This document shows, in pieces, positions 1-10,004 of a stretch of 37,057 nucleotides of DNA. Source of the stretch: Leptolyngbyaceae cyanobacterium (lineage in GTDB: Bacteria > Cyanobacteriota > Cyanobacteriia > Phormidesmidales > Phormidesmidaceae). Within the stretch, counting starts at the first letter, position 1. Each line of letters starts with the position of its first letter. The stretch covers positions 1-37,057 of the forward strand of contig JBHJHA010000075.1 in NCBI GenBank assembly GCA_050331235.1. The letters are read 5' to 3'. The notes below the pieces were generated by a model. The model did no database searches. It was given only the letters and a program-made list of their open reading frames with translations, and had not been told where the DNA came from. The position numbers and the translations under genes are program-made.

Positions 1-435
1 GGTCCCCAATGTGATGGGCTCGGGTTCCAAGGCGGCGGCAAGCCGCACCAAAGCTTCTGAGCGATGGGTATTGAGGCAGTCCATGACCAGATGAATTTTG
101 GGAGCCTCGGTCACTTGGGCCAGCAGGGCTTGGAGGTGGGCCTCTAAATCTTTTTCTGTGCGGGTGTCGCCGACCGTAGCCTGGTCAATGCGCCCGGTAG
201 CAACATTCAAGGTGGCAATCAAGGTTTGGGTGCCATGGCGACAGTATTCAAACTCGACTCGCACACAGCGCCCCGGTTTCATGTCAATATCTGGCATCAC
301 GCGCTCCAACGCCTGAATGCCCCTCATTTCATCGAGACAGTAGGTCACCTCTCCACGTACAGAGCGCTCGGCGGCCTGTTCGTAGACCTGGCAGATGTCT
401 CCGACTTTCCGGGCATTTTCTGGGGCCGGGGGTGA
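1..435 (-). CDS. IS630 transposase catalytic DDE part (OrfB, -1 frame, partial)
   Basis: Manual translation is open from 435 to 1: ...KVGDICQVYEQA...TYCLDEMRGIQALER...EFEYCRHGTQTLIA...GDTRTEKD...IHLVMDCLNTHRSEALV. It is absent from the ORF track because its stop lies outside the window. Confidence 0.88.
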
Positions 436-923
436 TTATGCCAATAACGACTCTGTTGCGGTATCAGTTCTGCTTCGGCGAGCAAGCGACCCACATGGCG
501 ACCGCTGATACTCTCCACAATGCCTAGTTTGACCAGTTCATCGGCTAACTCGCGGGGCGTCCAATGACTCAGAGGACGTCCATATTGCTCGGGCGGTGCA
601 CAAGCTAACGCATACAACTGGGTGATCTGCTCCAACGTAAACGTCGCGGGGGCACCCGCACGAGGGGCATCCGCCAACCGCTCTGCCACGGGCAGTTCAG
701 ATGCCTGTAGCGCCTGCCACCGTCGCCGCCAACAGCGACTCATTTGCTCCCCAATGGCCAACTCCCGCGCAATCTGACCTTGGCTTTCCCCTTCACTGGC
801 ACGGAGAATAATTTTGGCGCGCAACGCCAGTTGCTGGGGCGTACTCGGTCGCTTCACCAACTGCTCGAGTTCATGGCGTTCGGTTTCGCTCACAATGAGG
901 GCGGGCAGGGCGCGACCAGGCAT
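345..923 (-). CDS. IS630 transposase N-terminal HTH DNA-binding part (OrfA)
   Basis: Motifs ERHELEQLV, LALRAKIIL, LADAPRAGAPATFT, SHWTPRELA and SRYW are typical of IS630 N-termini. Confidence 0.88.
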   Translation of the reverse strand: MPGRALPALIVSETERHELEQLVKRPSTPQQLALRAKIILRASEGESQGQIARELAIGEQMSRCWRRRWQALQASELPVAERLADAPRAGAPATFTLEQITQLYALACAPPEQYGRPLSHWTPRELADELVKLGIVESISGRHVGRLLAEAELIPQQSRYWHNHPRPQKMPGKSETSARSTNRPPSALYVER

Positions 924-1092
924 CAGACTCAGGCCTCTAAAACTGACTCCTTAAGGGTATCTGCATTTCCGCCATGCGGTACTAGGGTCTTCTGTAATCA
1001 TTGGCAACGTCCCCATCAGATAAGAACATGAATCTCGTCGGGTTGCGGACTGGATCTGTCAGGGACCTTTGAGCCCTATCAAGTGAGTCCCA

Positions 1093-1719
1093 TCAAGGCT
1101 CAGACTGATCATCGCTGAGTAGCTCAGGTATAAGACCTTGGGGGGGGTTGATCACAACGTAGCCTCCAGACAAGTCAACGGTAGGCACAATTTCTTCAAC
1201 AAAGGGAACAAGCACGGGAAGGGGTTGGCGGGACCGATTTTTGCCCTTTGATCTAGTATTGGACTGAGCAGTTGACAGAGTATCTGACAGCAATTGAATG
1301 GCTAATAAATCATTTCCAGCGGTATATAAATCGACGACTTTACCAATCTTAGCCCCAGTTGTTTGTAATCGGACTGTGAGGCCGATCAAATCAGCAACAT
1401 GAAACTCGTCGGGAGCCAAGGGCAAGCGATCGCTAGCAGCAACTACTAATCTCGCATCCCGCAGGGCTTCTGCTTGGTCGCGGTAATCGATGCCCTGAAA
1501 CTTCACGACGTATAGGCCTTTACCAGGTAAGTAACGGCCAGACACGAGCTTGACAGACTCTGGCTGGGCTTGGCCGGCCTTTAGTAGCCAGCGATCGCCA
1601 GGGTCTACAAACCGCTCTGGGAAATCACTATCAGGATAAACACGCACCTCGCCGTTCAGACCTTGGGGGGCGACAATGCGACCAATTTCTAGCCAGTTAT
1701 CTGACGGCAAAGGTTCCAT
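1093..1719 (-). CDS. rimM: Ribosome maturation factor RimM
   Basis: IGRIVAPQGLNGEVRV, DRDQAEALR, EFHVADLIGL, GNDLL and VLVPFVEEIVPTVDL motifs. Confidence 0.96.
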   Translation of the reverse strand: MEPLPSDNWLEIGRIVAPQGLNGEVRVYPDSDFPERFVDPGDRWLLKAGQAQPESVKLVSGRYLPGKGLYVVKFQGIDYRDQAEALRDARLVVAASDRLPLAPDEFHVADLIGLTVRLQTTGAKIGKVVDLYTAGNDLLAIQLLSDTLSTAQSNTRSKGKNRSRQPLPVLVPFVEEIVPTVDLSGGYVVINPPQGLIPELLSDDQSEP

Positions 1720-1730
1720 TTTCTCCAGCC

Positions 1731-3032
1731 TTACTTAACCAAAACCGACGTCGAGGTCAGCGATCGCTGCTGATACTGTGCAGCCGTAACCGTTGCCAAA
1801 TGTTGAATTGCCTGGTCAATCTCAGCATCCGTAGCCGTTAAGCTTATGCGGATACACTGGTGCATATGAATCCAATCCGTCTTTAAACCAGGGAAAAAGG
1901 GATCGCCTGGTACAACAATGACACCATAGCCCTTGAGCTGTTGATAAAGGTCGCGGGCCGTCCCAGGTAACTGATCAAACCACAACCAAGCGAAAATCGC
2001 GCCTTCTCCTCGATGTAAATACCATGGAATGGTGGCCGGCATATAGCGGTCTAAGCTCTCGGCCAAAACGGCAAACTTCTGCTGGTAGTAGGGACGAATA
2101 ACGGTCTCTGCCAAATGGGCAAGGGCACCCGAAGCGATCGCCCGCGCCGCGATCGCTTGACCATAACGAGACGAATGAATGCAGAGGTTGGTTTGAAACG
2201 ACTGCAAGACCTGAATGACTGAAGCATCTCCAATCGCGATACCAATGCGCTCGCCTGGCAAACCCGCCTTTGACAAGCTGATACAGTGGAGCATATTTGG
2301 CCGGAAAATCGGGACCATCTCAGTAAAGTTCAAGGCTGGGTAAGGAGGTGCATAGGCTGAGTCCACCAATACAGGAACTTGGTGCGGTGCAGCCAAATCG
2401 GCAATGCGGCTGACCTCTTCATGGGACAAGACATTTCCCGTAGGATTACAGGGTCGAGAAAAGAGCACAAAGCCAGTATTTGGCGAAATCTCTAGCTGGC
2501 TAAAATCAGGACGATATTTAAACGTGTGAGCTGCTGCATCGGCCTCGATGGTAGGTTGATAGGCACGCAGGGCCTCCGGATACAGAGAAACGCCGCCGTA
2601 GCCAGTGTAGTCAGGACTCAACGGCAGGATGATTTCTTTCAGCTGTTCTGTAGCTGTATATCCCCCAAAAGCATTCGCTGCAAAAAAATAGAGCGCCTGA
2701 CTACCAGGCGTTACTAAGATATTGGCTCGGGTCAGGGATAGCCCATATCGCTGGTTGAAATCTGCTAAGACCGCTTCAATAAAGGGTTCGTAGCCCTGAC
2801 TAGACCCATAACGACATACCACTTCACCGTATTCTGCACTGCTTAACAGCTCGGCTGTGCAGTCTCGCCAAAGTTGCTCCACTTCAGGCAGGATCACAGG
2901 GTTACCAGCGCTGAGATTGATAAATGACTGTCCTTGCCCCGTCTGTAGTGTTGCAATGATGTCCTGCATGATGGCTCTCACTCCAGTCAGGTGAGACATC
3001 TGGTCGCCAAATCGTGTCAGAGCAGGGTTCAT
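1731..3032 (-). CDS. avtA: Valine--pyruvate aminotransferase
   Basis: N-terminus FGDQMSHLTGVRAIM, LSAGNP, SRPCNPTGN, VDSAY and the PLP-lysine motif SLSKAGLPGERIG. Confidence 0.9.
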   Translation of the reverse strand: MNPALTRFGDQMSHLTGVRAIMQDIIATLQTGQGQSFINLSAGNPVILPEVEQLWRDCTAELLSSAEYGEVVCRYGSSQGYEPFIEAVLADFNQRYGLSLTRANILVTPGSQALYFFAANAFGGYTATEQLKEIILPLSPDYTGYGGVSLYPEALRAYQPTIEADAAAHTFKYRPDFSQLEISPNTGFVLFSRPCNPTGNVLSHEEVSRIADLAAPHQVPVLVDSAYAPPYPALNFTEMVPIFRPNMLHCISLSKAGLPGERIGIAIGDASVIQVLQSFQTNLCIHSSRYGQAIAARAIASGALAHLAETVIRPYYQQKFAVLAESLDRYMPATIPWYLHRGEGAIFAWLWFDQLPGTARDLYQQLKGYGVIVVPGDPFFPGLKTDWIHMHQCIRISLTATDAEIDQAIQHLATVTAAQYQQRSLTSTSVLVK

Positions 3033-3246
3033 AGGTCAATGATGTGGGAATTGGCTACGTTGCGTTAGCCAAATAAGCGAGTTTTGTCAGAATAGCACTC
3101 ATATTTAGTAAACGGGAGAAGCGCGATCGCCGATGTCAGGCCTAATTCTAAAGGCCCAAAATATGACTCCTGAAGCCAGCAGATCCGATGGTATCGATTA
3201 CGCTAAACAAAATGTCATCAACTCAACTTAGGAGCCTTCATTCAGG

Positions 3247-4020
3247 GTGAATATTCCAGCCTTAGGGGCGATCGCGAGCTTACTTGCCGGATTGGGGACT
3301 GGAGTCGGGGCGCTGCCAGTCCTACTGCCGATAGCACCGTCTGTCAAAGCCGAAGGAATTTTACTGGGGATCGGGGGGGGCGTCATGTTGGCAGCCACTT
3401 CATTTTCGCTAATTTTGCCTGGGACAGAAGCTGCTCAAGCACTGGGATACCCGACTGCGATCGCGGCGTTGATCATGGGCGTCGGCATTCTGATCGGAGC
3501 AGCTTTGCTGTGGTGGGTTCACAACCGTTTTCCCCATGAGCACTTCTTTAAGGGGAAAGAAGGTCCCCAGGCCGCGAACTTGAAGCGCATTTGGCTATTC
3601 ATCGCCGCTATCACTTTACATAATTTTCCAGAAGGACTGGCGGTCGGTGTGGGCTTCGGCTCAGGCGACATCTCTAAAGCAATTTCCCTAGCCATTGGCA
3701 TTGGCTTGCAAAACATGCCAGAGGGCTTGGTCGTCGCTTGGTCACTCAAAAGCCTGCAATATTCCCCCCTCTATGCCTTGGGCATTTCCACTTTGACAGG
3801 ATTAGTTGAGCCTGTGGGTGGCATTATCGGGGCTGGCATTGCCAGTATCGCCCAAGAGACTCTGCCATGGGGCATGGCCGCCGCCGCAGGAGCCATGTTG
3901 TTTGTCATTGTCGACGACATCATCCCTGATATTGCGCAAAAAAGTCTGGGACAAAGCGGCACCTTGGGCATCATGATTGGGTTCGTCATCATGATGTGCC
4001 TAGATATCGCCTTAGGGTGA
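3247..4020 (+). CDS. ZIP (GufA/ZupT-like) divalent metal transporter
   Basis: Multiple TM helices; signatures ITLHNFPEGLAVG and IGLQNMPEGL; His loop PHEHF. Confidence 0.93.
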   Translation: MNIPALGAIASLLAGLGTGVGALPVLLPIAPSVKAEGILLGIGGGVMLAATSFSLILPGTEAAQALGYPTAIAALIMGVGILIGAALLWWVHNRFPHEHFFKGKEGPQAANLKRIWLFIAAITLHNFPEGLAVGVGFGSGDISKAISLAIGIGLQNMPEGLVVAWSLKSLQYSPLYALGISTLTGLVEPVGGIIGAGIASIAQETLPWGMAAAAGAMLFVIVDDIIPDIAQKSLGQSGTLGIMIGFVIMMCLDIALG

Positions 4021-4125
4021 TGGAGACAGTCTACGACTGAAAATCTCCAGCACTAGATCATAATCGCCTTGCATAGCTCACATCAAGGCTCTGCCCAATG
4101 GCCAACGGAGAGGCTGATGCTGCGG

Positions 4126-6699
4126 TCACTTCGTTGTCATTGTATGTACACCATCCCAACCGTCGGGGGGGGGATTCACCAAGTAAGCCTGAGCCCGATC
4201 AAGATGAATGTCAACAGCGCGATCTTGAGGGCGTAGCTGAGCTGCTTTTTCAAACACGGCGATCGCCTGCTCAAAGCGCATGTCAGTATACGCCTCACGC
4301 CCTTGACGATAGAGCTCTAAGAAATCTTGGCTCGTCTGGTCAAGGGGATTCTTCTTGAGGTCAATTAATTCATAGATGCTGACCGGCTTAGTTTTGCCCT
4401 TCACTCGGGTCTTGTCCAGTTCCCTGACCCACACCAGATCTGAACATAGCTCATACGTATACTCGCTCAGCACAATGTCGCAGCCGTACTGCTTAGTTGC
4501 CCCCTCTAGACGGGAGCTGAGATTGACACCATCACCGATAACGGTATATTCCATTTTGCGCTGTGAACCAATATTGCCGGAGACCACATCACCAGAACTA
4601 ATGCCAATACCAATCCGCACTTTAGGCTGATTTTTTTCAATTCGGTCAGCGTTAAACACGGCTAAACGATGCCGCATATCTAGAGCGGACTGTACAGCAG
4701 CCCAAGCATGATTTTGAAGGGGCAATGGTGCCCCATAGACCGCCATGATGGCATCGCCAATGAACTTGTCTAAGGTGCCTTCATAGGTAAAAACAGCCTC
4801 AACCATCGTTTCAAAGTAGGCGTTCAGCAGTTCTACAACTTTGTCGGCTTCTAAGTTTTCCGACAGCGTTGTGTAACCTCGAATGTCAGAGAACAGCACG
4901 GTAACTTTGCGGCGCTCTCCCCGCATCAGCATGTCTTCGCCTAAGGCCATGACTCGCTCGGCCACGCCGGGAGTCATATAGCGATACAGGGTGGTCTTCA
5001 TCCGTTTTTCTTGGCTGATATCTTCTAGCACCAATAGGCCTCCTCTAACGCCCCCTTCAGGGTTTGTTAAGGGGTTGACCGTGAGATTGATGCTACGCTC
5101 TAGCACCTGTACCTGTTCGCGGGTAAGGGGGGCAGTATCGTTTTGGTGTCCCCATGGCCAAAACTGCTCAGCGTTTTGATTATCTGGCAGCAGCAGCAGG
5201 GCAGCAGCCGGTTCGCCTTTGGCTTCGGGTGATGCCAAAGCCGCCTCCACTGGAATCGCCACCTTCAAGGTTTGTTCTGGCACATAATGCTTAGCTCCAG
5301 TTTCTAAACTGTCTTCTAAACGAAACTGGAGCTTTTCTAATGGGATGATGTCCCAAACAGGACGGTTGATCAGCTGCTTTTCCCACGCTTCACGGAGTGT
5401 ATGATCGGTGTCATCAGTTGACTCCGGACAGCCTAGCAGTTCTAATGCTGCATCATTAATGGTGACCACCCGGCCTTGCATATCCGTTGAGATGACGGCA
5501 TCTGAAAGACTCTGAAGAATATCTTTTTGATACTGTTTTTCGACTAAGACATTTTCAAAAAGTTGCGCATTCTCCAGGGCAATACCGGCCTGAATGTTGA
5601 AGGCCCGCATGAACTCCTCGTCAGAGCTATTGAAAGAGCCTTGCTTTTTATTAATCAGCTGAGTGACGGCAATCAGCTTACCAGCTGAGTCAAACACCGG
5701 CATACAGAGGATATTGCGGGTGAGATAGCCTGTTCGACGGTCAGACTCGGGGTCAAACCGCGGGTCTTTGTAAGCGTTAGGAATATTTAAGGTCTTACCG
5801 GTCGAGGCCACAAAGCCCACAATGCCTCGATCAGCTGGAATACGGAGGTCTATGAGGGTTTTACCATCCCCTGACTTAACCTTTGACCACAGCTCATTCT
5901 GAGCTTCATTAATCAACCAGAGAGTGCTGCGATCAGCGTTCATCAAATCACGGGCCTCGGCCATCACTGATTGCAGTGTTTTTTCTAAATCCAAACTCTG
6001 CTCCAGGGACGAAATGGCTTTGAGCAGTGAAGAAACACCCTTTTGGTTCCGGGCAGCGATATAAAACGAGTTGCAGCTTTCCAAAATGATGCCGATGGAC
6101 GACGCAAATTCTCGAAAGCTCCGCTCGTCTTGAGCATCGAACGGAATTGGCGCTTCATTAGGATCCAACTTATTCAACAACTGTACGACGGCAACAACGG
6201 CTTCCCTCGACTTGTTGAAAACCGGCATACAAAGAATGCTGCGCGTTTGATACCCCGTTTCTTTATCAACTTTGTCGTTGAATAAACTGCTTTCTTTAGC
6301 AATGGGAATGTTGAGGCATTCCCCAGTTGCCGCCACATGGCCAGCAATACCTTTGCCGATGGGTACGCGGATCTCGAGCCGATCTTCACCCTCAGCCTGT
6401 GCAATTTTTGACCAGAGTTCTGCTTTGTCCCAATCCACCATAAAGATAGTGGTGCGATCGGCTTGGAGAATTTGTCCGATTTTCAGGGTAAATGCCTCTA
6501 AAATTTGCTCCAGCATAGTTTCCAGAGACTCATTGTTGATCATGTCGATCGCCCGGAGGAAATGCTCAAACTCGCGAGTAATCTGATCAAGCAGATCTAT
6601 AAACTGAGGTGCAGGTAAATCTTTAACTCGGTGAGTCAGGCCGCCCTGCTGATTAACCTGGGAGAACGTCGCCAACATGCTGGAGTTAGACGGTGCCAT
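4126..6699 (-). CDS. Class III adenylate cyclase, CyaB1-type (GAF-GAF-PAS-cyclase-TPR)
   Basis: Two GAF domains (ADRTTIF..QLLNK..FDAQDE; ADRSTLW..QLINK..FNSSDE), a PAS region (SLSDAVISTD), catalytic motifs FSDIRGYT, DKFIGDA and EYTVIGDGVNLSSRLE, and a C-terminal TPR-like helix pair. This matches the architecture of Anabaena CyaB1. Confidence 0.92.
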   Translation of the reverse strand: MAPSNSSMLATFSQVNQQGGLTHRVKDLPAPQFIDLLDQITREFEHFLRAIDMINNESLETMLEQILEAFTLKIGQILQADRTTIFMVDWDKAELWSKIAQAEGEDRLEIRVPIGKGIAGHVAATGECLNIPIAKESSLFNDKVDKETGYQTRSILCMPVFNKSREAVVAVVQLLNKLDPNEAPIPFDAQDERSFREFASSIGIILESCNSFYIAARNQKGVSSLLKAISSLEQSLDLEKTLQSVMAEARDLMNADRSTLWLINEAQNELWSKVKSGDGKTLIDLRIPADRGIVGFVASTGKTLNIPNAYKDPRFDPESDRRTGYLTRNILCMPVFDSAGKLIAVTQLINKKQGSFNSSDEEFMRAFNIQAGIALENAQLFENVLVEKQYQKDILQSLSDAVISTDMQGRVVTINDAALELLGCPESTDDTDHTLREAWEKQLINRPVWDIIPLEKLQFRLEDSLETGAKHYVPEQTLKVAIPVEAALASPEAKGEPAAALLLLPDNQNAEQFWPWGHQNDTAPLTREQVQVLERSINLTVNPLTNPEGGVRGGLLVLEDISQEKRMKTTLYRYMTPGVAERVMALGEDMLMRGERRKVTVLFSDIRGYTTLSENLEADKVVELLNAYFETMVEAVFTYEGTLDKFIGDAIMAVYGAPLPLQNHAWAAVQSALDMRHRLAVFNADRIEKNQPKVRIGIGISSGDVVSGNIGSQRKMEYTVIGDGVNLSSRLEGATKQYGCDIVLSEYTYELCSDLVWVRELDKTRVKGKTKPVSIYELIDLKKNPLDQTSQDFLELYRQGREAYTDMRFEQAIAVFEKAAQLRPQDRAVDIHLDRAQAYLVNPPPDGWDGVHTMTTK

Positions 6700-7228
6700 A
6701 GGAAAGGACCACTGCTAAAGCAATAAAAATAGCTGGGACAAAAGCGAAGCCTGCAGCGCATAGATAGAGAAGCCAAATCATCCATGCTTTAACAAGCTGC
6801 AGAAACAAAGACCGATGAGCCCTTATTTACCAACTTAAAACTAGAGACTCACCTTGAGTATTTACTACTCTACCTCAAACTGATTTGAACAAGCGGAAAA
6901 AGCAGCCCAAGCTACAGACTGGCTTAGTTTTTTCTCGTACAGAAGGGAAAAGCGGGCTCAATCTTGAAAGCCAATACCAGAAGGCCCCCAGATGATTTTG
7001 AGTCTACCCAGAGTATTCGAGTTGAGCGACAAGTGTTTCCTCCCCGATGCAACACAATCAATCGGTACATGGTCTGCAGACGATGCTTATGACGGTTTAC
7101 CTCATCCCGACTGTCTCTTTGAACCAACAGATTTCCCCTCGTCAATTCCGAAAAAGGGCTGAGGGTTTCATTCATACGGGCAGGGCACATTGGCCAGCCA
7201 TATATCAACCCCATTTTATTTTCGCTGA

Positions 7229-8809
7229 TTAGCGGGCATTGTCACTGCTGGGCGCTGATTCATCCTCAGCGTCAATCCGCTCTGGTTTGAGCAGTGGAAA
7301 TGCAATCACATCTCGGATACTGGGGCTGTCGGTGAGCAGCATGACCAGTCGATCAATACCAATGCCCAACCCACAGGTCGGGGGCATCCCATATTCCAAC
7401 GCTGTGAGAAAGTCTTCATCCACGCCGGTCGCTTCCAAGTCGCCGGCCGCTTTACGGGCAGCCTGGGCCTCAAAGCGCGATCGCTGATCAACGGGATCGG
7501 TCAACTCGGAGAAACCATTGGCCGTTTCTCTCCCTGCGATAAAGAGCTCGAAGCGCTCAACCACGCCGGACTTATCGCGATGGGGTTTTGATAGCGGCGA
7601 AATCTCCACTGGATGATCGATGACAAAAGTGGGTTGGGTCAGGTCCGCTTCCACTGTTTCTTCAAACACGGTGTTGAGTAGCCGTCCAAGGGAATCACAA
7701 CCGCTCAAATCGGTCACCCCCAGATCTGTCAACTGGACTTTGGCAGCGGCTAAATCCGTCAACTGAGTAAAGTCAAGTCCGGTCTTTTCTTTAACTAGCT
7801 CATGCATCGTTGCGCGACGCCAGGGAGGCGTCAAGTCAATCGCGGCATCTTGATAGGTGATCACCGTTGTACCCAAAACAGCCTGTGTCACCGAGGCAAT
7901 CAGTTCCTCAGTCATCGCCATAAAGTCGTGATAATCGGCGTAGGCTTCATAGACTTCAATACTGGTGAATTCGGGATTGTGGCGGGTGGAAACGCCTTCA
8001 TTCCGGAAAATGCGCCCAATCTCAAATACTTTTTCAAAGCCTCCCACGATCAATCGCTTAAGGTGCAGCTCCGTGGCAATCCGCAAATACAGCGGCATAT
8101 CGAGCGTGTTGTGGTAGGTGGTAAACGGACGAGCCTCGGCACCGCCCGCTTCCCCTTGCAGGACGGGGGTTTCAATTTCCAAAAAGCCTCGATCCTCAAA
8201 AAAGCGACGGATGCCTGAGGTAATCAGGGCACGCTTGCGAAAAGTCTCACGGACATCGGGATTGACAATCAAATCTACATAGCGCTGGCGATAGCGCTTG
8301 GCCACGTCAGTCAGGCCATGCCACTTATCGGGCAAGGGCAAGAGCGATTTGGTCAACAATGCGTATTCGCGGACTTTGACAGATAATTCGCCCTTATCGG
8401 TTCGCTTGAGGGTGCCCCGGACACCGATAAAATCGCCGACATCAGTCAGTTGCTTGACCTGATTGAACGCTTCGGGGTTGTCGGCCATGCCCTCGCGAAT
8501 GACCTTTTTATCGAGATAGAGCTGAATTGTGCCGCTCTCGTCTTGCAGATTGAAAAAAGCTAGTTTGCCAAAGACTCGACGCGCAAGGATCCGTCCGGCG
8601 ATCGCCACTTCATCTTCGACCTCAGCACCCGCAGGAAGATCTTGATATCGAGCCTGTAGGTCTGCCGTAGTGTGCGTTTTGTCCCACCGATAGGCAAAAG
8701 GATTGAGCCCCGCATTAACAAGCTGTTCCACTTTTTGCAGCCGGGTTGCCCGGATTTCATCCAAGGTGGATGCACCTTGATCTGGTTTTGAAGACTCGTT
8801 TTGGGCCAT
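7229..8809 (-). CDS. lysS: Lysine--tRNA ligase (class II)
   Basis: [37 protein letters not shown] and [15 protein letters not shown]. Confidence 0.98.
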   Translation of the reverse strand: MAQNESSKPDQGASTLDEIRATRLQKVEQLVNAGLNPFAYRWDKTHTTADLQARYQDLPAGAEVEDEVAIAGRILARRVFGKLAFFNLQDESGTIQLYLDKKVIREGMADNPEAFNQVKQLTDVGDFIGVRGTLKRTDKGELSVKVREYALLTKSLLPLPDKWHGLTDVAKRYRQRYVDLIVNPDVRETFRKRALITSGIRRFFEDRGFLEIETPVLQGEAGGAEARPFTTYHNTLDMPLYLRIATELHLKRLIVGGFEKVFEIGRIFRNEGVSTRHNPEFTSIEVYEAYADYHDFMAMTEELIASVTQAVLGTTVITYQDAAIDLTPPWRRATMHELVKEKTGLDFTQLTDLAAAKVQLTDLGVTDLSGCDSLGRLLNTVFEETVEADLTQPTFVIDHPVEISPLSKPHRDKSGVVERFELFIAGRETANGFSELTDPVDQRSRFEAQAARKAAGDLEATGVDEDFLTALEYGMPPTCGLGIGIDRLVMLLTDSPSIRDVIAFPLLKPERIDAEDESAPSSDNAR

Positions 8810-9038
8810 GACAGGTTGAGAAGATTGGCGACGGCAAACAAACCCTCATTATAGGCAGAGGAGCGCCCCTATGATTTTTTCACTCTGGGGAATTGCCGGT
8901 GGCGTAGCCTACAGTATCGTATGTCTGTCGCGTCTCGCTTTTTCCCACAGATACGGTTTCTCCCGAGAGAGAGCCATGTTATGATGATCAACTCTGTGAA
9001 CAATTGATCCACTACGGCAACTCACCCAATTCACTTTT

Positions 9039-9308
9039 ATGGCACTCGTACAAGAACGCAAACAGGAAATCATCTCTGAATATCAAGTCCACGAAACCGA
9101 TACTGGATCCGCAGAGGTTCAGGTGGCAATGTTAACCGAGCGCATCAATAAACTTAGTCAGCATTTGCAGGGCAACAAGAAAGATTACTCGTCTCGGCGA
9201 GGTCTGTTGAAGATGATTGGCCGCCGCAAACGTTTGCTTTCATACATTGCAAAGAAAGACGTTAATCAATATCGTGAGCTGATTGGTCGCCTCGGCATCC
9301 GTCGATAG
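9039..9308 (+). CDS. rpsO: 30S ribosomal protein S15
   Basis: 89 aa; [13 protein letters not shown] and [17 protein letters not shown]. Confidence 0.99.
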   Translation: MALVQERKQEIISEYQVHETDTGSAEVQVAMLTERINKLSQHLQGNKKDYSSRRGLLKMIGRRKRLLSYIAKKDVNQYRELIGRLGIRR

Positions 9309-9343
9309 GTCGTAGATTGATTGCTGGTCATGGAACTTTAGAG

Positions 9344-9841
9344 ATGCCCGCTGACTCAGAGAACAACCGTTTGCCATTTGAACCTAAACGTAAGCGTAAA
9401 AAGTCGCAAACAGACAACGCCTCATCGGCGGCTGCCGCTAAGGCCGAGACCGTAACGGCTTCTGAAGCTCAGCCGAAGTCTAACCAACCGCGACGATACA
9501 CTCGCGAAGAGACCAGCATTCCTGAAGTCGTAAGCCAGCGCATGCTGCGCCGCATGCTGCTGTTTGCTGGTATTCCCATAGTTTTGGGTGTATTGGTATT
9601 TTTTGCCAGCTATGTGTTGATTGTGCAGGGTATTGCCGAACTGCCCAACGTTGTTGTGTTGCTGACAACGTTAGGCTGTTTTGGGTTAAGCGTTGTGGGG
9701 CTGAGCTACGGTGCCCTGTCCGCCTCATGGGAAGAGGAGACAAAAGGTTCTACGTTTGGGTTTGACGAGTTTCAAGTCAACTTTGGTCGCCTGGTGGACT
9801 CTTGGCGGTATGCCAGAGAGGAGCAGAGAAATCGCTCCTGA
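9344..9841 (+). CDS. PAM68-family photosystem II assembly membrane protein
   Basis: RLPFEP, IPEVVSQRMLRRM, two TM helices and GLSYGALSASWE. The rpsO-PAM68 pairing is common in cyanobacteria. ATG 9344 preferred over TTG 9317. Confidence 0.9.
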   Translation: MPADSENNRLPFEPKRKRKKSQTDNASSAAAAKAETVTASEAQPKSNQPRRYTREETSIPEVVSQRMLRRMLLFAGIPIVLGVLVFFASYVLIVQGIAELPNVVVLLTTLGCFGLSVVGLSYGALSASWEEETKGSTFGFDEFQVNFGRLVDSWRYAREEQRNRS

Positions 9842-10004
9842 GCCGGGTGAGCACGTCGAGTGAGCCATAGGAACTAGGATGAAGATAACTCAGGCGAATT
9901 GACGCTCTATAGAGGTGTTTAAGCGCGATCGCTTCAGTTGACGCTCATGCCTTATCTCAACTGCCAAAAGCCGTTTTCGTTCGCTAAAAGCTGCACCTGC
10001 CGTC

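Larger units (their letters stand above)
1..984 (-). mobile_element. IS630-family insertion sequence, truncated by the window edge
   Basis: Two overlapping minus-strand frames encode the HTH and DDE halves of an IS630 transposase. The probable terminus upstream of the ATG reads CTAGTACCGCATGGCGGAAATG on the minus strand, with TA at 983-984 (IS630 elements target TA). No HIP1 seen in 1-984. Confidence 0.88.

Noticed and set aside
1210..1290. Basic low-complexity insertion in RimM (SDTLSTAQSNTRSKGKNRSRQ)
   Set aside because: A variable loop of this kind is common in cyanobacterial RimM; no intein or mobile-element signature.
6924..7232. Short ORFs between the cyclase and lysS
   Set aside because: No recognisable motif or RBS, and overlapping ORFs on both strands.
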